A DNA stretch of 4,123 bases from a virus. Lineage: Duplodnaviria; Heunggongvirae; Uroviricota; Caudoviricetes. The position numbers and the translations under genes are program-made. Shown one piece after another: positions 1 through 4,123 of this stretch. The notes under the pieces are model-generated. The model made no database searches and had not been told where the DNA came from. It was given only the letters and a program-made list of their open reading frames with translations. The first letter of the stretch is position 1. The number at the start of each line of letters is the position of its first letter. The stretch lies in the IMG/VR virus record IMGVR_UViG_3300014970_000029, one strand, 5' to 3'.

Positions 1-889
1 TGAAACCCAAATCAACGATCAACTGACTGGTTTCGGTCAGTGGGAATATGAATTCAAAGGCAACCGCGCTGAATCTCAAGGTTCTTCCAAAGACAAAACC
101 CGTCTTGCATTTGCAGGCCTGAAATTTGGTGATTACGGCTCAATCGATTACGGCCGTAACTACGGTGTAGCATACGACATCGGTGCGTGGACTGACGTCC
201 TGCCAGAATTCGGTGGTGATACCTGGACCCAAACAGATGTGTTCATGACTGGTCGCACTACTGGTGTTGCAACTTATCGTAACAACGACTTCTTTGGTCT
301 GGTCGATGGCCTGAACTTTGCTGCTCAGTATCAGGGTAAAAATGACCGCACTGACGTAACTGAAGCCAATGGTGATGGTTTCGGTTTCTCCACTACTTAT
401 GAGTATGAAGGATTCGGCGTGGGTGCAACCTATGCTAAATCAGATCGCACTGACGGTCAGGTCGCCTATGGTAAGAGCAAATTCAATGCCTCCGGCAAAA
501 ATGCGGAAGTATGGGCTGCAGGCCTGAAATATGATGCGAACAATATCTATCTGGCTACCACATATTCTGAAACTCAGAATATGACCGTTTTTGGTAATAA
601 CCATATTGCAAACAAAGCACAAAACTTTGAAGCAGTAGCACAATATCAGTTTGACTTCGGTCTGCGCCCATCTGTTGCTTACCTTCAGTCAAAAGGTAAA
701 GACCTTGGTGTTCATGGTGACCGAGACTTAGTCAAGTATGTCGATGTCGGTGCTACTTACTACTTTAATAAAAACATGTCCACTTTTGTTGATTACAAAA
801 TCAACTTAATTGACGATAGTAAGTTTACCAAAACAGCTGGTATTGATACTGATGATATCGTTGCTGTAGGTCTGGTTTACCAGTTCTAA
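1..889 (+). CDS. nmpC: Outer membrane porin, OmpC/OmpF/NmpC family, C-terminal ~296 codons (5' end lies outside the window). The reading frame is open from position 2 and ends at TAA 887-889.
   Basis: Seen in sequence: the frame starting at position 2 translates without stops as [88 protein letters not shown]... and ends ...[12 protein letters not shown]. Established knowledge: the aromatic-rich beta-strand pattern and the terminal VYQF with C-terminal Phe are the signature of enterobacterial general porins. Symbol nmpC is offered because of the adjacent Q gene (DLP12 nmpC / PA-2 lc arrangement, from memory); it could equally be annotated ompD/lc-like. Confidence 0.9.
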   Translation, partial: ETQINDQLTGFGQWEYEFKGNRAESQGSSKDKTRLAFAGLKFGDYGSIDYGRNYGVAYDIGAWTDVLPEFGGDTWTQTDVFMTGRTTGVATYRNNDFFGLVDGLNFAAQYQGKNDRTDVTEANGDGFGFSTTYEYEGFGVGATYAKSDRTDGQVAYGKSKFNASGKNAEVWAAGLKYDANNIYLATTYSETQNMTVFGNNHIANKAQNFEAVAQYQFDFGLRPSVAYLQSKGKDLGVHGDRDLVKYVDVGATYYFNKNMSTFVDYKINLIDDSKFTKTAGIDTDDIVAVGLVYQF

Positions 890-898
890 TCTGATTAC

Positions 899-939
899 GA
901 AAAAGATATGTTGCGGGAGGCGTTGCCTCCCCAACATAT
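899..939 (-). terminator. Intrinsic terminator candidate for leftward (minus-strand) transcription: long GC-rich hairpin followed on the minus strand by a T-run. Possible tR'-like late terminator downstream of Q.
   Basis: Seen in sequence: 906-913 ATATGTTG / 932-939 CAACATAT and 915-921 GGGAGGC / 925-931 GCCTCCC form a ~15-bp stem (one bulged C at 914) with loop GTT. The plus-strand A-run at 900-904 is a T-run immediately 3' of the hairpin on the minus strand. On the plus strand no T-run follows the hairpin. Confidence 0.5.
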
Positions 940-961
940 AAGTGGCTCCCTCAAGCCACTT
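940..961. repeat. Second small perfect hairpin / inverted repeat (8-bp arms, 6-nt loop) immediately adjacent to the first.
   Basis: Seen in sequence: AAGTGGCT (940-947), loop ccctca, AGCCACTT (954-961). No flanking U-run, so function unknown (RNA stability element or protein site). Confidence 0.3.
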
Positions 962-1027
962 CCTTTAGGAGCACAACCTTGCTTCTAACTATATAAACCT
1001 TCTGTTATATATTACCCTTTATTTTTG

Positions 1028-1051
1028 GGGGCGTCTCAACGCCCCATTTTT
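1028..1051 (+). terminator. Rho-independent terminator for the porin transcript.
   Basis: Seen in sequence: stem GGGGCG (1028-1033) / CGCCCC (1040-1045), loop tctcaa, followed by TTTTT at 1047-1051 on the plus strand. Confidence 0.6.
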
Positions 1052-1078
1052 AATAATTTTTAGTAAACAATTGGCATA

Positions 1079-1462
1079 TTAATTAGAGTTATTAACAACG
1101 ATATCCATCTCTAACCGGATATCTAATGCCATTAACATCCCTTCAATTATGCCCTCAGCCTTTTGTAACCTTTTCCCGATATAACCATCAGAGCAGCAAT
1201 GCTTACCTGCCAGTGACATGAATGTCATACCGACTATATAATAATCTACTAATAAATCGTGCAAATCGCTGTTGTTCTTTTTCAGACGGGCCATGCACCC
1301 GCAAATGATCATCGCGTCATCGTCACAACATTGCGGGCGAGATTTTACTTTTGAAGGAATTAATCCCTTAAAACCGGCGGCAATGGACGACCAGGTCACA
1401 TCTTCATGATTATTAGCCGCCCACGCTCCCCAACGCTCAAGAACCATCTGAATATCACGCAT
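1079..1462 (-). CDS. quuD: Late-gene antitermination protein Q (phage 21 / DLP12 QuuD-like), 127 aa from the ATG at 1462. The ORF track's 1477 start is a TTG 5 codons upstream.
   Basis: Seen in sequence: ATG at 1462-1460 is preceded by GGAG with a 7-nt spacer on the minus strand. Translation [127 protein letters not shown]. From memory (not checked): this closely matches the E. coli DLP12 Q homolog in N-terminus and length; the Cys-rich centre is typical of this Q family. Position convergent with a porin gene matches the DLP12 / PA-2 layout. Confidence 0.85.
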   Translation of the reverse strand: MRDIQMVLERWGAWAANNHEDVTWSSIAAGFKGLIPSKVKSRPQCCDDDAMIICGCMARLKKNNSDLHDLLVDYYIVGMTFMSLAGKHCCSDGYIGKRLQKAEGIIEGMLMALDIRLEMDIVVNNSN

Positions 1463-1524
1463 CAACTTACTCCACAAAAATCAGACCAAAACGCCAATTA
1501 CAAGCAAAAATCAACAAAACAGTA

Positions 1525-1713
1525 TTAGTTGATTGTTATCTCTGACTTCATACTCCTGCTCCTGTCAGGGTTTTGGCGTAACTCTTCAGTATTCGGTACC
1601 TTTGCTTTGTTGTGAAGCCACTTATAGACGGCCTGCTGTGAAACTTCGCAAGCAGCGCCCAGTTTCTTTTGTGAACCAACGATATTGATCGCTGTTTTGA
1701 TAGCTGGGTTCAT
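1525..1713 (-). CDS. cro: Cro-like small HTH DNA-binding protein (Cro / YdaS-type), 62 aa.
   Basis: Seen in sequence: ATG at 1713 with GGAGG 5 nt upstream on the minus strand (plus-strand cctcc 1720-1724). Protein MNPAIKTAINIVGSQKKLGAACEVSQQAVYKWL... carries the G-[ST]-Q...LA...VS..AV..W helix-turn-helix pattern of P22 Cro / YdaS-type proteins (established family pattern, from memory). Divergent from a CI-like repressor across an operator-containing spacer. Confidence 0.7.
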   Translation of the reverse strand: MNPAIKTAINIVGSQKKLGAACEVSQQAVYKWLHNKAKVPNTEELRQNPDRSRSMKSEITIN

Positions 1714-1740
1714 AACAACCTCCGTGGTTAATTTGAATCA

Positions 1741-1769
1741 AGATTAAAACTATGGTTGTTTTTAGTCAA
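1741..1769 (-). promoter_or_regulatory. PR-like sigma70 promoter driving cro (and probably Q) leftward.
   Basis: Seen in sequence (minus-strand reading): -35 TTGACT (plus 1764-1769), 17-bp spacer, -10 TAATCT (plus 1741-1746). The predicted start leaves a ~20-nt leader with the GGAGG SD before the cro ATG. The palindromic operator overlaps the -35 and spacer. Not experimentally supported. Confidence 0.5.
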
Positions 1770-1776
1770 CAACCAT
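1752..1776. promoter_or_regulatory. Operator (OR-like): perfect 9-bp inverted repeat with 7-bp spacer, ATGGTTGTT-tttagtc-AACAACCAT.
   Basis: Seen in sequence: arms at 1752-1760 and 1768-1776 are exact reverse complements. Related half-sites occur at 1714-1720 (AACAACC) and 1801-1807 (GGTTGTA). The location between divergent repressor and cro genes is the canonical operator position. Confidence 0.6.
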
Positions 1777-1782
1777 TTTCGT

Positions 1783-1811
1783 TTGATGAAATAAAACCTT
1801 GGTTGTACATT
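1783..1811 (+). promoter_or_regulatory. PRM-like promoter candidate for leaderless cI transcription.
   Basis: Seen in sequence: -35 TTGATG (1783-1788), 17-bp spacer, -10 TACATT (1806-1811), placing a start at or near the cI ATG (1818). There is no SD before 1818, which fits a leaderless mRNA as in lambda cI (established for lambda; inference here). Weak hexamers, so speculative. Confidence 0.3.
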
Positions 1812-1817
1812 TGGACT

Positions 1818-2507
1818 ATGAAAACAACACTCTCAGAAAGACTTAAAGAAGCCAGATTAGCGCGAGGCCTTACACAAAAGGCGCTTGGGGATTTGGTCGG
1901 GGTTAGCCAGGCTGCTATTCAGAAAATCGAAACAGGGAAAGCTAATCAAACAACTAAAATCGTGGAGATCGCGAACGCTTTGGGTGTGCGCGCAGAATGG
2001 TTATCTTCTGGCGTTGGAAATATGTCAGACAGTACAGTGCAACCAATACAATCAACTGTCAGCCATTCCAAATACTTCAAGATTGACGTTCTTGATATAG
2101 AAGTCAGTGCTGGGCCGGGAGTCATAAACCGTGAGTTTGTAGAAGTTCTACGCTCGGTTGAGTACTCGTTTGACGATGCTCGTCACATGTTCGATGGTAG
2201 GAAGGCGGAAAATATCCGCATCATTAACGTGCGTGGTGACAGCATGTCAGGAACGATCGAACCAGGTGATCTGCTGTTCGTTGATATCACGGTTAAATCT
2301 TTCGACGGTGATGGTATCTATGCGTTTCTGTACGACGACACAGCCCATGTAAAGCGCCTGCAAATGATGAAGGATAAGCTGCTGGTTATCTCTGATAACA
2401 AGAGCTACTCACCGTGGGACCCGATCGAGAAAGACGAGATGAACCGGGTGTTCATATTCGGTAAGGTTATTGGGAGCATGCCCCAGACGTACAGGAAACA
2501 TGGATAA
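1818..2507 (+). CDS. cI: CI-type prophage repressor: N-terminal XRE-family HTH plus C-terminal S24 (LexA-like) autopeptidase domain, 229 aa. The ORF track's longer form starts at 1752.
   Basis: Seen in sequence: MKTTLSERLKEARLARGLTQKALGDLVGVSQAAIQKIETGKANQ... is a classic HTH_XRE. Ala98-Gly99 (gct ggg, 2109-2114) is a candidate self-cleavage site; the C-terminal domain has the GDSM serine motif and HVKRL lysine, as in LexA / lambda CI (established knowledge). Start 1818 is preferred because the upstream ATG at 1752 sits inside the operator palindrome and its 22-aa extension has no HTH character. Confidence 0.9.
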   Translation: MKTTLSERLKEARLARGLTQKALGDLVGVSQAAIQKIETGKANQTTKIVEIANALGVRAEWLSSGVGNMSDSTVQPIQSTVSHSKYFKIDVLDIEVSAGPGVINREFVEVLRSVEYSFDDARHMFDGRKAENIRIINVRGDSMSGTIEPGDLLFVDITVKSFDGDGIYAFLYDDTAHVKRLQMMKDKLLVISDNKSYSPWDPIEKDEMNRVFIFGKVIGSMPQTYRKHG

Positions 2508-2573
2508 TCAGTACTGTGCTGATGAGTCGTTTAGGGGATAGTAAATTTAATTAGAATTAGACGAGAGCGATTT

Positions 2574-3437
2574 ATGGATTGTGACGCTTTACAGGATATA
2601 AAAATCTCTCTTAGGTATGACGGAAAAGATGCTTTAAATCATGAAATAGATTTGAACTGCCTAGGAGAATCCCTAAAGGGTTTTTCTAAAGTTCTCTCAA
2701 CAGCAGCTTCTTTCTCTGTTACACAAAAATATAGTAAATACATTAATTATCAGGAAGTTAAGGTTTACGCACGCGAAGCAAAAGCTAACTGCTTTACTCT
2801 TGAAGCAGTTCTTAACTTCGCCACTCAGAACCAGTTGTTCTCGGGGATCGCCGCAACTATACTTGGCGCAATACTACAATATATTTTTGCGAGAAATTCT
2901 AACAAGAAAGATGAAATGAAAGCTTTGCAGCAGTCACTTGAAAAGGCCATAGAGGCACTAGGAAACAAGGATGCTGGAACCATTGATAAGTTGATCTCTT
3001 TGATTGACCGAATGGCTGTAGAGCTTCGCCCCTCTGTAAGGCAGGCAGTATCACCTATTGGTAATACTTGCGATCAGATAAGTGTTGCAACAAATGTTGA
3101 CGGCTGCCTTCTAAAAGTTAACGAGAGAGATAAAGCTGAAATTGATAGGCTTGATGATGATGAAGTTCTCGGTCTTCGTGAGTATCGTGCTTTTCTTACA
3201 GAATTTGATGCACAAAATATGACAGCTAAAATAATTTTAGATGGTGATGACTCAAAAAAGAGAATCACTGCTGAAATTAGCGATCCAGCTGCAGGAAAGA
3301 AGAATAACCCGTATATTAGAGCTCTTAGTGCATATATATCAACCAAAGGTGATCCATCTGCAGTATTCACTATAACCGCAAAGGCTACTGTTAAAAAAGG
3401 CCAGATAAACAGGTTATTTATTGTAGATGCGAAATGA
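2574..3437 (+). CDS. Uncharacterized 287-aa protein in the cI-downstream (rexAB-equivalent) slot. Candidate prophage accessory / phage-exclusion gene. No family recognised.
   Basis: Seen in sequence: long ORF with ATG 2574, a weak-to-moderate SD-like AGAG ~8 nt upstream, TGA at 3435-3437, immediately followed by an intrinsic terminator. Same strand as cI with a 66-bp gap and no hairpin terminator, so likely co-transcribed. Visibly AT-rich relative to its neighbours. One ~19-residue hydrophobic segment (about residues 88-106, [19 protein letters not shown]) and a charged helical-looking segment ([41 protein letters not shown]). The only competing ORF here is an antisense, low-complexity one. 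Confidence 0.75.
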   Translation: MDCDALQDIKISLRYDGKDALNHEIDLNCLGESLKGFSKVLSTAASFSVTQKYSKYINYQEVKVYAREAKANCFTLEAVLNFATQNQLFSGIAATILGAILQYIFARNSNKKDEMKALQQSLEKAIEALGNKDAGTIDKLISLIDRMAVELRPSVRQAVSPIGNTCDQISVATNVDGCLLKVNERDKAEIDRLDDDEVLGLREYRAFLTEFDAQNMTAKIILDGDDSKKRITAEISDPAAGKKNNPYIRALSAYISTKGDPSAVFTITAKATVKKGQINRLFIVDAK

Positions 3438-3441
3438 TTTC

Positions 3442-3468
3442 CCCGGCCGTCGTGCCGGGTTTTCTTTT
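3442..3468 (+). terminator. Rho-independent terminator ending the cI / 287-aa ORF transcription unit.
   Basis: Seen in sequence: stem CCCGGC (3442-3447) / GCCGGG (3454-3459), 6-nt loop cgtcgt, then TTTTCTTTT (3460-3468), starting 5 bp after the stop codon. Confidence 0.7.
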
Positions 3469-3560
3469 GCCTCCCCTCATCACACAAACCGTTCAAAAAA
3501 CCACCACGACCTCGCTTCAGTTATCGCTGTGCGATGCAAGTCACAAAATAAATCCATCCT

Positions 3561-3660
3561 AAATACAACCAGTTATATCTAAAACAACCAATAAAACAAC
3601 TTTTGTTGTTGACGATAAAACAACTATAGTTTTAAATAAGTTCATCGCAACAACACAACG
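3561..3660. promoter_or_regulatory. OL-like operator/promoter region: cluster of AACAAC / GTTGTT motifs sharing the OR half-site, with promoter-like hexamers.
   Basis: Seen in sequence: TACAACC 3564-3570 (reverse complement of GGTTGTA at 1801-1807); AAAACAAC at 3581-3588, 3593-3600 and 3617-3624; AACAACCAAT 3583-3592 resembles the OR arm AACAACCAT; inverted pair AACAAC-tttt-GTTGTT 3595-3610; 10-bp perfect palindrome AACTATAGTT 3622-3631; CAACAACACAAC 3648-3659. Plus-strand -35-like TTGACG 3609-3614 with TTAAAT 3632-3637 after a 17-bp spacer. Direction and exact operator boundaries are unresolved. Confidence 0.35.
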
Positions 3661-3693
3661 ATACGGCAACTACCTGATTCACCGTTGCGATGA
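3642..3693. repeat. 10-bp perfect inverted repeat TCATCGCAAC ... GTTGCGATGA separated by 32 nt.
   Basis: Seen in sequence: arms at 3642-3651 and 3684-3693 are exact reverse complements. Could form a stem-loop in a leader RNA or be a protein-binding site. Confidence 0.3.
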
Positions 3694-3830
3694 CCGCTTA
3701 GATCCGCAGTTTGAATTTCAGCAGGCTTCGGGGAGTGCGAGGGGTGAAACGGACGCGTGAACGTCGGTGTGACCAGCTGAAATTAACTCAACATTTCATA
3801 CCTTAGTCGCTTCAACGAGGCGGCTTAGTT

Positions 3831-4121
3831 ATGACAACCGGCGGCCATCCACCGCCTGAATACGCGCAGAAGTCTCTATATGTTCAGCAGCCCAGCTTAC
3901 GGGCAGGAGTTTTTATGGTTCATCAACATTATGGAACGCAGACCGTTAATCGAGGTGCGGTCATGCCAGGAATGCTGGTCAAACACAAAGATGGTACCTG
4001 GACTGCATCAGCTAATTTACGCGGACGGCTTTATCTGCATCGCGGCATCGAGCGCACTTATACCCGTGATTTGCTCGTGGAAGTTTTTCTCGACGGACGC
4101 GGTAACGGCCTGAATCACTAA
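3831..4121 (+). CDS. Hypothetical protein, 96 aa, GC-rich. Function unknown.
   Basis: Seen in sequence: ATG at 3831 with GAGG 10 nt upstream and TAA at 4119-4121. I checked the minus strand by eye here and all three frames are interrupted by stops, so no competing antisense gene. No recognisable motif; not arginine-rich, so not an obvious N-type antiterminator. The overlapping alternative-frame ORF 3880-4113 is Cys/Trp-rich and less protein-like. Confidence 0.4.
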   Translation: MTTGGHPPPEYAQKSLYVQQPSLRAGVFMVHQHYGTQTVNRGAVMPGMLVKHKDGTWTASANLRGRLYLHRGIERTYTRDLLVEVFLDGRGNGLNH

Positions 4122-4123
4122 TC

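Noticed and set aside
440-643. 67-aa ORF on the minus strand inside the porin gene.
   Set aside because: Fully embedded antisense in a well-supported porin reading frame; Cys-rich, no ribosome-binding context. Most likely a chance ORF.
1079-1477. Longer form of the Q ORF starting at 1477 (132 aa).
   Set aside because: The 1477 start is a TTG with no SD, whereas the ATG at 1462 has GGAG 7 nt upstream and gives the 127-aa product I remember for this Q family.
1885-2100. 71-aa plus-strand ORF in an alternative frame within cI.
   Set aside because: Overlaps the strongly supported repressor frame; chance ORF.
2158-2352. 64-aa plus-strand ORF in an alternative frame within cI.
   Set aside because: Overlaps the S24 peptidase domain coding frame; chance ORF.
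1752-2507. Longer form of the repressor starting at ATG 1752 (251 aa).
   Set aside because: That ATG lies inside the palindromic operator and the PR spacer; the extra 22 residues (MVVFSQQPFSFDEIKPWLYIWT) precede the HTH and look non-protein-like. Start 1818 preferred, though not proven.
2508-2573. Possible independent promoter for the 287-aa gene in the cI-X intergenic region (TAGAAT at 2552-2557, TAAATT at 2542-2547).
   Set aside because: -10-like hexamers are present but no acceptable -35 at 16-18 bp spacing. Co-transcription from the cI promoter is the simpler reading; an internal promoter (as pLIT in lambda) cannot be excluded.
3074-3496. 140-aa minus-strand ORF antisense to the 3' part of the 287-aa gene and spanning its terminator.
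   Set aside because: Low-complexity Ser/Arg-rich translation, no SD, and it runs through the intrinsic terminator hairpin. The sense ORF is far longer and better supported. An antisense gene cannot be fully excluded without expression data.
3480-3830. Looked for an N-type antitermination nut site (boxA CGCTCTTA-like plus boxB hairpin) and for a small arginine-rich N gene.
   Set aside because: Only loose boxA resemblance (CGCTTCAG near 3514, CGCTTAGAT near 3695) and no convincing boxB hairpin; the downstream ORF has no arginine-rich motif. Not enough to call.
3880-4113. 77-aa plus-strand ORF overlapping the 96-aa ORF in another frame.
   Set aside because: Cys/Trp-rich translation and no SD; the 3831 frame has a better start context.
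1-4123. Scanned for CRISPR arrays, tRNA/rRNA genes and IS element terminal inverted repeats.
   Set aside because: No regularly spaced direct repeats, no tRNA-like cloverleaf candidates and no transposase-like ORFs or IS ends were seen.

Overview
This window reads as a compact lambdoid (DLP12 / PA-2-like) prophage segment from an enterobacterial genome. Left to right: the 3' ~890 bp of a phage-borne OmpC-family porin (NmpC/Lc-like, + strand, 5' end outside the window); hairpin terminators; a convergent Q-type late antiterminator (- strand, 127 aa from its ATG); a 62-aa Cro-like HTH gene directly upstream of Q on the same strand; a divergent LexA-type CI repressor (+ strand, HTH plus S24 peptidase with Ala-Gly site and Ser/Lys dyad). 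Between cro and cI sits a perfect 9-7-9 palindrome (ATGGTTGTT-N7-AACAACCAT) overlapping a good leftward promoter. Directly downstream of cI, on the same strand, is an AT-rich 287-aa ORF that I cannot assign to any family. It ends at a strong intrinsic terminator and is followed by an array of AACAAC/GTTGTT motifs that echo the operator half-site. This is the position rexAB holds in lambda, so this ORF is my main candidate for an undescribed prophage-encoded system (phage exclusion or abortive infection). The window ends with a GC-rich 96-aa ORF of unknown function. No replication or nin genes lie between cro and Q, which suggests a deleted or minimal prophage remnant. All calls come from reading the sequence and from remembered family features; no searches were run, and GC statements are by eye, not computed.
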